Shown here: one piece after another, positions 18,782 to 28,518 of the stretch
How positions within the stretch are numbered: the stretch's first letter is position 1
Layout of the letters: every line of letters starts with the position of its first letter
Source of the DNA: an uncultured Elusimicrobia bacterium
Lineage (GTDB): Bacteria > Elusimicrobiota > Elusimicrobia > 2-01-FULL-59-12
NCBI GenBank assembly: GCA_963702895.1
Contig: OY969767.1
Span: 1,728,001 to 1,792,000 of the forward strand
DNA length: 64,000 nucleotides
Direction: 5' to 3'
The notes under the pieces: generated by a model
The model's input: only the letters and a program-made list of their open reading frames with translations
Told to the model about the DNA's origin: nothing
Databases searched by the model: none
Program-made: the position numbers and the translations under genes

Positions 18782-18812
18782 TCCTTGACGTCGCGCGTCG
18801 GACGTCGGACGT
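18748..18812. repeat. Inverted heptamer element spanning the gcvPB/lipoate ligase junction
   Basis: GTCCGAA GTCCGAC GTCCGAG, then the TTGA overlap, then GTCGGAC x2. Confidence 0.8.
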
Positions 18813-19416
18813 CCTTCTTCGCGACTGGCGTTTCGTAACGACACCCCCACTCACGGGCCAGGACAATATGCGCTATGACGCGCAAACGCTTGAGCGCGTC
18901 GGACTTGGAGAGCTTCCTCCCACCGTCCGCTTTTTCAGATTTCGCGAACCCACCGTCACATACGGTCACCTGCAAAAGATCGGGTCCATCCGCCCGCTTG
19001 TTCCTCAAGGCTGGGACACGGCTCAGCGCCCCACGGGCGGCGGCCTCGTTTTTCACGAGCATGACCTTTGCCTTTCCTTGTGCTGGCGAAAAGGCCAATC
19101 GCCCATCCCTCCCCGTCCCCGGGAGATGTACCGCTGGATCCACGCCGTGATCCGCAAAGGGCTGGGCGGCCATTTACAAACCGCCTCCTGCGCGGATGCC
19201 TGCGCGGAAAAGAAACCTTTCGCGCTCCGGGACTGTTTCAAGGAGCCTGTGGGCTACGATCTGCTCTCCGGTTCAGAGAAAGTGGTGGGAGGAGCCCTTC
19301 GCAGCACGCGCGAAGCCGTTCTCTATCAGGGTTCGATCCAAATCCCGATGGCCGAGCCCGCCGCCGAAGCCCTCCGGCGCGCCCTGGACGAGGCGCTGAC
19401 GGATCCCCATGTATAG
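18778..19416 (+). CDS. Lipoate-protein ligase/octanoyltransferase family protein
   Basis: NMRYD, RPTGGGLVFH, KVVGGA, YQGSI; TTG overlaps the gcvPB stop. Confidence 0.85.
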   Translation: MILDVARRTSDVLLRDWRFVTTPPLTGQDNMRYDAQTLERVGLGELPPTVRFFRFREPTVTYGHLQKIGSIRPLVPQGWDTAQRPTGGGLVFHEHDLCLSLCWRKGQSPIPPRPREMYRWIHAVIRKGLGGHLQTASCADACAEKKPFALRDCFKEPVGYDLLSGSEKVVGGALRSTREAVLYQGSIQIPMAEPAAEALRRALDEALTDPHV

Positions 19417-20854
19417 CCTGCCGCGCCCGAAAGCCTGGTTCATGATCATGGTTCTGGGCATCACCGCTTATGTGCCGACGCTTCGCATGGGCTTTCTCTG
19501 GGACGACCACGTCGTGATTGAATCCAATCCGAGAATTCGCGAGTGGTCGCTTCAAAACCTCAAAAAAGACTTTACGAGCGATATCTTCGACCATCAGGGC
19601 GATCCCTATTTCCGACCGATGACGAGCGTCATCAACCGGATCGATTATTCCCTCTGGGGAATGCGGGCCATGGGATACCACCTGACCAACCTCTTCTTCC
19701 ACCTCGGCAATGCCGTGCTCAGTTCCGAGCTTGCTCTGGTCCTTGGCATGTCCCCTTTAGCCGCTTTCATCGTTGGCAGCCTCTTCGCGGTCCATCCGAT
19801 CGCGGTGGAGCAGTTGATGATCGTGGCCGGCCGCGCGGAGTTGATGGTCTTCTTTTTTTCCATGGCCGCCATACTCCTGCTCGTGCGCCCCGGGCGCCAC
19901 TCGTTGGTATGGGGGTGGCTGGCTTATCTCCTGGCGCTTCTCTCAAAGGAAAACGCGGTCATGGTCCCCTTTTTACTGAGTCTCGTTCTCTACGCTCGCC
20001 AGGAGCCCCGAAAAACGTACACCCGCGGTGCGGCTCTGTGCTTGGCCTGGATACCCTATTTGTGGCTGCGCCACCGTGCCGTCGGACCGATGCTCCCGCA
20101 AACCGATCTTTGGCTCACCATCCGGTTTTTCACTCAGGAGTTTCCCCATGTCGTTTTTCGATATCTGGCCATCCTGATGATACCCTGGAATCTTCATTCA
20201 CACCGCCTTCTCCCACACTTGAATCATTTCTGGCCGGCAACCCTGGCATTGCTTCTTTCCGGGTGCGTCTTTCTCATCAGGCGGTACAAACGACTGGCCG
20301 CCTTCTGTGTCCTCTGGTTCGTGTTGACGCTGCTCCCGCGAACGCCCGTCATGATCTTCGGGAATTTCATGCTCGATCACTGGGTCTATCCCGCGACGCT
20401 CAGCGTGATCATCCCTTTTGCATGGCTTGTCTCACATGTCTGGGAGAGCCAACAGAAACATCGCCTGGCGCTCGTTGGCGCTCTTTACTTTGTGGTTCTG
20501 ATCGTGTGGGCCCTGTTCGTCCATCTCAACGTCGCTCTTCGAGGAACTGACGAAAAGATGTATCGCTGGGCCCTTCACTTCACCACGTCCAATCCGATTC
20601 ACTACAACCTCGGCATTCTTCTGCTTCAGTCGGGGCGCGCGCAGGAAGCCATTCCCCACCTGGCGATCGTCTGTGGCTATTATCCTGAGAACCCCGATAA
20701 CGCTCATGCGTTGGCGCTGGCCTATGCTCAGGCTGGACATGTGGGTGCCGCCTGTCAGATCCTGGAAGGATTACGCGAAGCTCATCCCTCGTATCAGCCG
20801 GCCGTTCAAAGCCTGCGCGCCGCCAAGGCACTTCTCCAAAGTAAGAAGAAATAA
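19409..20854 (+). CDS. TMTC-like (GT-C) membrane glycosyltransferase with C-terminal TPR
   Basis: FLWDD, YFRP, YHLTN, LFAVHP, GRAEL, LLSKE; many TM segments; TPR-like C-terminus. Confidence 0.8.
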   Translation: MYSLPRPKAWFMIMVLGITAYVPTLRMGFLWDDHVVIESNPRIREWSLQNLKKDFTSDIFDHQGDPYFRPMTSVINRIDYSLWGMRAMGYHLTNLFFHLGNAVLSSELALVLGMSPLAAFIVGSLFAVHPIAVEQLMIVAGRAELMVFFFSMAAILLLVRPGRHSLVWGWLAYLLALLSKENAVMVPFLLSLVLYARQEPRKTYTRGAALCLAWIPYLWLRHRAVGPMLPQTDLWLTIRFFTQEFPHVVFRYLAILMIPWNLHSHRLLPHLNHFWPATLALLLSGCVFLIRRYKRLAAFCVLWFVLTLLPRTPVMIFGNFMLDHWVYPATLSVIIPFAWLVSHVWESQQKHRLALVGALYFVVLIVWALFVHLNVALRGTDEKMYRWALHFTTSNPIHYNLGILLLQSGRAQEAIPHLAIVCGYYPENPDNAHALALAYAQAGHVGAACQILEGLREAHPSYQPAVQSLRAAKALLQSKKK

Positions 20855-20880
20855 GACACTCCCCAGCCAGAACATTTTTC

Positions 20881-20936
20881 TTGACAGTCCTTTTATATTC
20901 TATTAGGATCTCACACGTTATCACCGATTAGGTGAT
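20881..20936 (+). promoter_or_regulatory. Sigma70 promoter with downstream palindromic operator
   Basis: TTGACA-17-TAGGAT; ATCACC-GATTA-GGTGAT at 20920-20936. Confidence 0.7.
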
Positions 20937-20944
20937 TTCCTAAT

Positions 20945-21136
20945 ATGCCACATCTCAACGTGTATTTGTCAAAAGAACGGGAGAAATGGCTCCGCGAGAA
21001 CCTCCAGGACCTCGCCAACCAGGACAACCGCTCACTTTCGTACATCGTGGAGGAAGCCCTTGTCCAATTCATCAAAAGCCAAGGTAAACATGTTCCACAA
21101 GATCGAAGAAAGGACCATCGCCACCGTGCATCCTAA
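20945..21136 (+). CDS. Ribbon-helix-helix DNA-binding protein
   Basis: HLNVYLS strand followed by LQDLANQDNRSLSYIVEEAL helices. Confidence 0.75.
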   Translation: MPHLNVYLSKEREKWLRENLQDLANQDNRSLSYIVEEALVQFIKSQGKHVPQDRRKDHRHRAS

Positions 21137-23624
21137 ACCAAGATTCCCCCAACATTCCTACGTGTTGATCTGCGCCACCCTGGTGGCGACCCCCCTTTTC
21201 GTCCAGGGAGCGCTGCTTCCCCTGATCAAAGACCAAGACATTAAGCGCATCACTTTTGTTGGACGGTGTGAGCAAAACCAATGGTCGACCAATAAGCATG
21301 ACGTGGTCGAGATCACCATGAGCGCCGAACCCGGGGAGTCCTGCGAAGCGCGGCTTCATTTTCGCGAAAAGTACGAGCTCAAGGATCTTGGCGGGTTCCA
21401 GTTCTACGCGAAAAGCTCACGTCCTCACCAGCGCATGGCCGTCGAAATCGTAGGCACAACAGAAGGCGACCCCGAGGATAGCCTTGCACGCACGCGCCCC
21501 TTCAGCGTGACGGATGAATGGACCCCCGACGCCCTACGCTTTCAACACATGAAGCGCGGTTGGCAGCCGAAGACGATTTCAGAAATTCGATTCATCGCCA
21601 TGTCCGAAACAGGCCGTTCTGCCCCCTCTCTTTCTCTTAAAGCGATCCGCTTCTTTGGCGTGACCATCGCACGCGCGGGCCAGACCGTCGATGAAATTGC
21701 CACGCCTGCCGCCGCGGATATCCCGGTCGACCGACAGCTCGTTTGTGTCGCCGCGAGCGACTTGCCAGCCTTGCAGTCGCCCATCAAACCATCCGGTGAA
21801 AGCACCATTACCTCTGAGGCAAAGCATTTGTTCAAGCTTCTCTTGGCCAAGGTCCTCTCCATCACACAAAGGCAGTACGCGACCACCTCTGTTGTTATTC
21901 TCTGGGTGGCAGGCGCCTTCTGGCTGTTACGCCGGCGAAAACCCTCCTTGGTCAGCATCGTCGCACCGCTCTATGAGATCAATGTTCGCACTTGGAAAAG
22001 TTTCCGGGACGCCGATGGCGTGCATCATCTGGGCGGCTTGAACGCATTAACACTGAGCGATCTCAAGTCGATGAAAGCCTCCGGCTTTAACAGCATTTGG
22101 CTCATGGGGCTCTGGGACATCGGCGGCAAGGTCCGCGCCATCTCCCGGCGTTATGGCCAAGATTTCATGGGCTCACCCTTTGCCATTCGGGACTACCGTG
22201 TGTCCGACGAGCTTGGAACGGACAAGGATTTTGATGCCCTTGTGGAACGCGCGCACTTGGTGGGCCTGAAAGTGATCGTGGATTTTGTTCCCAATCACAT
22301 GGGCATGGACAGCGACTGGCTCAACGATCATCCGGAGTACTTTATCCACAAACTCCCCGCTCCCAGCGAGATCGGGCTGTCCGACTCGGAGCTGGAAAAA
22401 CGTCATCCAGGTTATTTTGTGCACCGCACCCCCTCCTATCCTGAGGGACGTCGCCGCGTACCACGAACGATTCTGGTCGCCTATGGCAAAGACCCCTATT
22501 TCTACCCTTGGATCGATACCGCCCAACTGGACTATGCGGAACCAGCCTTGCGGCGCAAAATGACCGAGACCCTTTGCGATTTGGCCAGAAAAGTCGATGG
22601 TGTGCGCTGTGACATGGCCATGCTCGTACTCCGTGAACAAGTGAAGATCCATCGGCACCCCGAGATGTCCTGGGACAACTTTAACCGCCTCATGCCGGAA
22701 GAGTTCTGGCCGGAAGCGATCCACGCGGCCAAGCGTGTGAAACCAACCTTCACCTTCATGGCAGAAACCTACTGGGCGATGGAAGGCTACCTGCAGCAGC
22801 TCGGTTTTGACTACACCTACAACAAGCCGCTTTATGAAGCGATCTGCAGCACGCTTCAGAATGGAAATGCTGAAGGGCTCTTGAATTTCATTCGCATGTT
22901 GGGCGATGACTTCCTCAATCGAGGTGTCCATTTTATTGAAAACCACGACGAGGAGCGCGCCATGAACACCCTCGGGGATGAACGCCAGCGAGCGGCGGCT
23001 GCGGTCATCGCGACGCTGCCCGGCGTAGCTTTGATCCATCAGGGGCAAATGGAAGGAAGGCGCGAGAGGCTTCCTGTGCAACGCGTGGTCCCCATCCACC
23101 ATGAACCGATTCATACGAAGCTTAGAAGTTTTTATGAGGGCCTTTTGCGGAAGACTTCCGGCAGGCTTTTCCGTGAGGGAAGGCTCAGCGTCCTTTACAG
23201 CAACAACTCCTCTTTCATTACTTTTGCCAGGACGATCGATAACCAGAAAGCGGTTATCATCATCAACACGACCGGTCATTTCCAGAAAGGAAGCGTCAGC
23301 CTCATGCCCAGTCTCCATTTAAAGTCGGATGTGGGGTATGAACTGAGCGACCTCTATTATGAGCTCAAGCCCGCGGACACGCGCCATAAGAGCACCGTCA
23401 TGCCCACCTATCATTACACTGCTTCCCATCTGATCACCCAGGGGCTCTATGTGGAATTGGGGCCGTACGATGCTCATATCTTCCTGATTGAGCCGGAGAC
23501 AGGATCCAAGGCGCTCGAGCGCATCAAGCACGGCCTAAGGGTCCTTCAGGACGCTCTTCCCCTTCCTCGCGCCATGCGACGTCTCGTGGGACCTACGATG
23601 ATGAGGTCGGGGGATACGAAGTAG
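21090..23624 (+). CDS. GH13 alpha-amylase-family protein with an N-terminal exported domain and an internal TM helix
   Basis: DFVPNH, DGVRCDMAM, AETYW, FIENHDE; TM SVVILWVAGAFWLL followed by RRRK. Confidence 0.88.
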   Translation: MFHKIEERTIATVHPKPRFPQHSYVLICATLVATPLFVQGALLPLIKDQDIKRITFVGRCEQNQWSTNKHDVVEITMSAEPGESCEARLHFREKYELKDLGGFQFYAKSSRPHQRMAVEIVGTTEGDPEDSLARTRPFSVTDEWTPDALRFQHMKRGWQPKTISEIRFIAMSETGRSAPSLSLKAIRFFGVTIARAGQTVDEIATPAAADIPVDRQLVCVAASDLPALQSPIKPSGESTITSEAKHLFKLLLAKVLSITQRQYATTSVVILWVAGAFWLLRRRKPSLVSIVAPLYEINVRTWKSFRDADGVHHLGGLNALTLSDLKSMKASGFNSIWLMGLWDIGGKVRAISRRYGQDFMGSPFAIRDYRVSDELGTDKDFDALVERAHLVGLKVIVDFVPNHMGMDSDWLNDHPEYFIHKLPAPSEIGLSDSELEKRHPGYFVHRTPSYPEGRRRVPRTILVAYGKDPYFYPWIDTAQLDYAEPALRRKMTETLCDLARKVDGVRCDMAMLVLREQVKIHRHPEMSWDNFNRLMPEEFWPEAIHAAKRVKPTFTFMAETYWAMEGYLQQLGFDYTYNKPLYEAICSTLQNGNAEGLLNFIRMLGDDFLNRGVHFIENHDEERAMNTLGDERQRAAAAVIATLPGVALIHQGQMEGRRERLPVQRVVPIHHEPIHTKLRSFYEGLLRKTSGRLFREGRLSVLYSNNSSFITFARTIDNQKAVIIINTTGHFQKGSVSLMPSLHLKSDVGYELSDLYYELKPADTRHKSTVMPTYHYTASHLITQGLYVELGPYDAHIFLIEPETGSKALERIKHGLRVLQDALPLPRAMRRLVGPTMMRSGDTK

Positions 23625-24690
23625 TCGAAAGCTTCTCCACAGCCCAGGCGGCATGTTCACGCACAACCAATTCCCGATCATCGCATAAAGCTTGGAGTTG
23701 AGGGAGGAGGTCTTTCCTTTGCAGATTGGCGGCCGCAACGCAGGCATTTCGGATCATCCCTGAGCGCCCCGCGCGCATGAACGCCGTGCCCGAAAAGGCT
23801 TGCGCAAAGGCATCCTCCGTCGGGATCGACAAGAGTTCGCGCAAGCCCATCTCGAAAGCCCCTGCCAGATCCAGCGCGTTGTGCGGACAGACCTCCTGAC
23901 AAACATCACACCCGAACACCCAGGGCCCCATCTTCTTGCGCAGGTCTTGCGGAAGACTCCCTCCGTGTTCGATCGTCCAATAGGCAATGCAGAGCCTGGC
24001 ATCCAAATGATAAGGCTCCGTGATGGCTTGCGTGGGACAGGCTGCAAGGCATAGCCGGCATTCCCCGCAAGAACGTTCATCCGACCGATCCGGAGGAAGG
24101 TCTAAAGTGGTGATCACACTGGCCAGAAAGACCCAAGAGCCAAGGCCTCGCGTGATGAGCATCGTGTTCTTTCCGATAAAGCCCAGGCCAGCCTTCTGCG
24201 CAAAAGCACGTTCGAGGAGCGGCCCTGTATCCACCAAACCTTTATAGCGCGCTTCCGGGGCAAGCGCTTCGAGGTAGCGCACAAGTGCGTCCAGCCGCTT
24301 TCGGATCACCCGGTGATAATCCTTCCCCCGTGCGTAGCGAGCCGCACGCCCTTCCTTCGTATGGGGGTATCGGGGTAACGGGGTGTCGGGGTAACGGCTG
24401 TTACTCCGATACTCCGATACTCCGTCACCAACCCTCGGATTGTCATATCTCATGGCCAGGGCGATGACGCTTTTGGCGCCTGGGAGAAGCTGGTCGGGAC
24501 GCGCACGACGCGCGGGGTTCTGCTCCATGTAGTGCATCGACCCCGCGCACCCTTGGGCAAGCCACTCTTGGAGGTGATGCTCCTGCGCAGGCAGGGACAC
24601 GGCGCGGGCGATGCCGACGCGCTCAAAACCGAGCGAACGAGCGTAACGCACAAGACTCGATTTAATGTCGGACGAGTTGCAGGAAGTCAT
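23593..24690 (-). CDS. queG: Epoxyqueuosine reductase
   Basis: RYARGKDYH, VDTGPLLER, CGECRLCLAACP, FGCDVCQEVCP. Confidence 0.93.
   Translation of the reverse strand: MTSCNSSDIKSSLVRYARSLGFERVGIARAVSLPAQEHHLQEWLAQGCAGSMHYMEQNPARRARPDQLLPGAKSVIALAMRYDNPRVGDGVSEYRSNSRYPDTPLPRYPHTKEGRAARYARGKDYHRVIRKRLDALVRYLEALAPEARYKGLVDTGPLLERAFAQKAGLGFIGKNTMLITRGLGSWVFLASVITTLDLPPDRSDERSCGECRLCLAACPTQAITEPYHLDARLCIAYWTIEHGGSLPQDLRKKMGPWVFGCDVCQEVCPHNALDLAGAFEMGLRELLSIPTEDAFAQAFSGTAFMRAGRSGMIRNACVAAANLQRKDLLPQLQALCDDRELVVREHAAWAVEKLSTTSYPPTSSS
24359..24425. repeat. Inverted octamer element in frame in queG
   Basis: Encodes GVSEYRSNSRYPDTPLPRYP; same family as 2455-2540. Confidence 0.85.
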
Positions 24691-25339
24691 CGCGGCTTTG
24701 GGCCATAAGAAAAGGGTTCGTTTTCTTTTCCTGCCCCAGCTTGTTGTGGCTTGATGCCCCATAATCATGACCGGGGTAGAAGACTGTTTCGTCATCGAGT
24801 TTCTTGATCTTTTGAAGACTATGAAAGAACCCTTGAGGATCGGAGTAGGGAAAATCACAGCGGCCGATGGTCCCGACAAAAAGCGTGTCCCCCGTCAGGA
24901 GCGCATGCGCCGCTCCGCCAGAGTTGTGACGGACCAGCATGCATCGCGACCCGGGAGTGTGTCCGGGGGTATGAATCATCTGCACATCCAGAGCGCCCAC
25001 GCGTACCGCTTCGGCCGTTGACGTCTTTTTTAGGCTTGAGCGCGGGATGACCATGCCCCCCATACCTTCAAAAATGAACTCTTCGAGCTCGCCTCTTTCA
25101 GCGCAGACCGTGGCGTCCGTTTGTTCGACCAACGCCTCGACGCCGTTGATGTGGTCGTAATGCCCATGGGAGAGCAGAATATGGGTAATGCGAAAACCCT
25201 GCAGGTGGGCCTCTTTGACGATCGCCGGCACATTCCAAGCCGGATCGACGACCGCGGCTTCCTTCGTTTGTGGATCGCCCACCAGGTAGACGTAGTTTTG
25301 CATCGGCCCCAGTGCCATTTGTTTGAGAAAGATGGACAT
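24662..25339 (-). CDS. Metallo-beta-lactamase-fold hydrolase (glyoxalase II-like)
   Basis: HGHYDH, HTPGHT, TGDTLF, YPGH. Confidence 0.9.
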   Translation of the reverse strand: MSIFLKQMALGPMQNYVYLVGDPQTKEAAVVDPAWNVPAIVKEAHLQGFRITHILLSHGHYDHINGVEALVEQTDATVCAERGELEEFIFEGMGGMVIPRSSLKKTSTAEAVRVGALDVQMIHTPGHTPGSRCMLVRHNSGGAAHALLTGDTLFVGTIGRCDFPYSDPQGFFHSLQKIKKLDDETVFYPGHDYGASSHNKLGQEKKTNPFLMAQSRDDFLQLVRH

Positions 25340-25340
25340 A

Positions 25341-26540
25341 TCAGTAAAGAAGGTAGGATTGCCGGGTTTTCGCGAATCTCTCGGCACTCCGGTGGAAGAC
25401 CTCCAGGATCTCCGCCGCGGGTTTGTCTTGAAGAAAGAGATGTTGAAAGTCTTGAGAACCTGTCATGCGAGCCACTTCATCCCAGCGCGGTTGGAAATCT
25501 TTCTTCCATAGCTCCCGGATCCAGCAACTCGCTTGGACAAACAGATCGATGGGACGGGCGAGTTTGGCGTCCAGAACCTGGATTCGAACACCCGAACAGA
25601 GCTGTCCTTGATAGAGATCCGCTTGAGGGGTGAACGTAACCGCCTGGAATCGAAACCCCGGCAGGCTGAGATCATTTAATTTCTGGGCCAGCTTCTCACC
25701 GTCGATCCAAGGGGCTCCGAAATACTCAAAGGGCGAGTCCGTGCCGCGTCCGACTGAAACATTGGTCGCTTCAAAAAGGCCGACCCCCGGATAGAGGAGG
25801 GCCGAGGTCACGCTCTGAATATTCGGCGATGGCGGGATAAAGTCCCTGCCCGTCTCCTGCCAGAGCATGGAACGCGACCAATTCTTGAGCGGAATCACGC
25901 TTAAGGCGACATCGAGCCGCTTGTGCTCTTTGTACCACATGGCCAGTTCCCCTGGTGTAAACCCATGCCGGACAGGTATTTCGTAATACGCGGTGAAATG
26001 GCGAAGTCGAGGATCCAAGACCTGGCCTTCCAGAATATCCCCCCCCACCGGGTTTGGACGATCCAGAACAACAAAACCAATACCCCGTTCCGAGGCCGCC
26101 TCCATCGCCATCCCCATGGTCGTAAGATAGGTGTAAAAGCGCGTGCCGACGTCTTGCATATCAAAGACGAGCACATCGATGGAGTTGAGCATATCCGGCG
26201 AAGGTTTGCGCACAGACCCGTAAAGGCTGTAGACCGGTAAGCGCAGCCTGGGATCCAGCGTATCACCGACCCATTCGCCATGGCTTTCCTTACCCCGAAT
26301 GCCATGCTCGGGCGAAAATAACGCGACCAGCTTGACCCCGGGCGCTTGAGCGAGGAGATCAGCCGTACTTCTTCCCTCGCTATCGACTCCCGTATGATTG
26401 GTGATGAGGCCCACCTGTTTGCCTTGGAGCATCGCGTAACCCTGTGAAACAAGAACCTCCACCCCCACCACGACGGCGGGGGCCTTGGCCTGGGCGACGC
26501 TCAGAAGCGTGCATAAGAAGAAGACAATCGCTTGTTTCAT
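25341..26540 (-). CDS. namZ: Exo-beta-N-acetylmuramidase NamZ-like (DUF1343), with signal peptide
   Basis: LFSPEHGIRG, DMQDVGTRFYTY, DRPNP, SPNI, SVGRGT. Confidence 0.9.
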   Translation of the reverse strand: MKQAIVFFLCTLLSVAQAKAPAVVVGVEVLVSQGYAMLQGKQVGLITNHTGVDSEGRSTADLLAQAPGVKLVALFSPEHGIRGKESHGEWVGDTLDPRLRLPVYSLYGSVRKPSPDMLNSIDVLVFDMQDVGTRFYTYLTTMGMAMEAASERGIGFVVLDRPNPVGGDILEGQVLDPRLRHFTAYYEIPVRHGFTPGELAMWYKEHKRLDVALSVIPLKNWSRSMLWQETGRDFIPPSPNIQSVTSALLYPGVGLFEATNVSVGRGTDSPFEYFGAPWIDGEKLAQKLNDLSLPGFRFQAVTFTPQADLYQGQLCSGVRIQVLDAKLARPIDLFVQASCWIRELWKKDFQPRWDEVARMTGSQDFQHLFLQDKPAAEILEVFHRSAERFAKTRQSYLLY

Positions 26541-26591
26541 CGTCGAGCATGATCATATAACCGAACAACGAAAAATGCTACTGTAGCGCCG

Positions 26592-28103
26592 ATGGATGCT
26601 TCCATAAACACTTTTTTGTCGGGATCTCAACTGAGCTGGCCTGACTGGCTTGTGCTCTTGGGGCTGCTCGCCTTCATGATCGGACTGGGCTACAGGATGG
26701 GAGGCGGCCAGGCCACCACGATGGATTTTTTCCTCGCGCGGAGACAAATCCCCTGGTGGGCGGCTTGTCTTTCCTTTGTCGCCACCGAAGTGAGCGCGGT
26801 CACCATCATTTCGGTACCCGCCACCGCTTATATGGAAAACTGGGAGTACGCCCAGTTTTTTATCGGTTCGTTTGCCGCTCGGATCGCGATCGCCTATTAC
26901 TTCATCCCCGCGTTTTATCAATACAACTGCACCACCATCTATGAGTTTCTACGGCACCGCTTTGGCGCGGCGACACAATACATGGCAACCATCTTCTTTT
27001 TCATTACTCGTCTGTTGGGCTCTGGCGTACGTCTCATGGCCGCCTGCCTTGCGGTGAGCGTCCTCTTCGGATGGAACATCGTCCCCACGATCCTCCTCTT
27101 TAGTTTGATCAGCGTGGCTTACATCGCCTACGGTGGAATGCGTTCGGTGGTATGGACGGGGGTGTTGCAGGCGGTCGTCTTCATCGTGGGCGGGATCGCC
27201 AGCATCCTCTTTCTTCTGACACAGATCCCCGGCGGATGGCAGGGGATGCTGGAAACGGCGGGAGCGGCCGGGCGTCTGCATGTCTTCAACTGGGGCCCCG
27301 CTCTCGACACGCCGAATTATATCCGTCAGTTTCTGAAAGATCCCAATATCCTTTGGATCGCGATTTTAAATGGGTTTTTCGGGTCGCTGGCCGCTTTTGG
27401 CACGGACCAGGAGCTCATGCAGCGCTTGCTGACCCTGGAAACCCGCGAAAAAAGCCAACGCACGATGGTGCTGACGCCTTTTGCGTCCTTTTTTGTTCTT
27501 TCGATTTACCTGGCGATCGGGGCCTGTCTTTACGCTTTCTACGCGACGCATCCGCAGCTGCCTCTTCCAGAAAAACTGGACGCCATCTTTCCCCACTTTA
27601 TCGGAGGAGTCATGCCCGCGGTTTTACGCGGCCTGCTCTTGTCGGCCATCGTCATGGCGAGCATTGACTCGCCCCTGGCGTCCCTGGCGACCTCCTTTGT
27701 GACGGACATCTACAAACCACTCATCCGTTCAGGGAGGAGTGAGATGTTTTACTTAAGCCTCTCTCGCTGGTGCATCGGTGGGTTTGCCGTGCTTCTCGCC
27801 GTGATCGCCTATGCTTTTAGTTTTTTCCAGAACATCCTCTGGCTGGCCTTTAAAATCGGGGGCGTGACCTTTGGGTCCTTGCTGGGAGTGTTTCTCCTGG
27901 GGCTCCTCACTCAAAGGAAAGGAAATCGAGGCAATGTCGTGGCGATGATTGTGATGGCCGCCATCAACGCGACACTCCTGATTCTTTCCGAAACACATGT
28001 TTTAGCCATCGGTTGGACGTGGCTGGTCTTGATCGGGACGGCGGGGACGTTTATTCTGGGTTTTCTTTGGGGGCCGCGCTGGGAGTCACGCGTCTCTGCC
28101 TGA
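26592..28103 (+). CDS. Sodium:solute symporter family permease
   Basis: FFLARR, ATEVSA, GGMRSVVWT, GTDQELMQRLL; many TM segments. Confidence 0.9.
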   Translation: MDASINTFLSGSQLSWPDWLVLLGLLAFMIGLGYRMGGGQATTMDFFLARRQIPWWAACLSFVATEVSAVTIISVPATAYMENWEYAQFFIGSFAARIAIAYYFIPAFYQYNCTTIYEFLRHRFGAATQYMATIFFFITRLLGSGVRLMAACLAVSVLFGWNIVPTILLFSLISVAYIAYGGMRSVVWTGVLQAVVFIVGGIASILFLLTQIPGGWQGMLETAGAAGRLHVFNWGPALDTPNYIRQFLKDPNILWIAILNGFFGSLAAFGTDQELMQRLLTLETREKSQRTMVLTPFASFFVLSIYLAIGACLYAFYATHPQLPLPEKLDAIFPHFIGGVMPAVLRGLLLSAIVMASIDSPLASLATSFVTDIYKPLIRSGRSEMFYLSLSRWCIGGFAVLLAVIAYAFSFFQNILWLAFKIGGVTFGSLLGVFLLGLLTQRKGNRGNVVAMIVMAAINATLLILSETHVLAIGWTWLVLIGTAGTFILGFLWGPRWESRVSA

Positions 28104-28518
28104 GTTCATCCATATTCTTCTTGATCAGATCCAAAATCATCGGGAATTGAGCGGCCACGGCGTCAAAGCTCGCCTTTTCAAGGGCGTAGACCAGGCAGCG
28201 TTCATTCGACTTCACGAGCGCCGAAGCGGGTGACTCTTCAAACATGGATCGCTCCCCAAAAACATCCGGGCCTTTCAGGACGGCAAGCTGTTTTTTCTCG
28301 CCTCCAAGTCGCTTCCACACGCTCACCGACCCCGAGGAGAGAATAAAGAGCGTTTTGCCAAGCTCCTGATCCATCAAAATCACTTTCCCGACAGCGACAT
28401 CGCGCGCATCAAACTTGACCACCATCGCTTTGAGGGCTTCGTCGGGACAGGCCGCAAAGAGTGAAAGCCCTTTCAATATCGTGAACGCGTTTTGTTCCTG
28501 GTCGGGTTTGAGTTTCAT
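28051..28518 (-). CDS. Cyclic nucleotide-binding domain protein
   Basis: LFILSSGSVSV, FGERS, ASALV. Confidence 0.85.
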   Translation of the reverse strand: MKLKPDQEQNAFTILKGLSLFAACPDEALKAMVVKFDARDVAVGKVILMDQELGKTLFILSSGSVSVWKRLGGEKKQLAVLKGPDVFGERSMFEESPASALVKSNERCLVYALEKASFDAVAAQFPMILDLIKKNMDELRQRRVTPSAAPKENPE

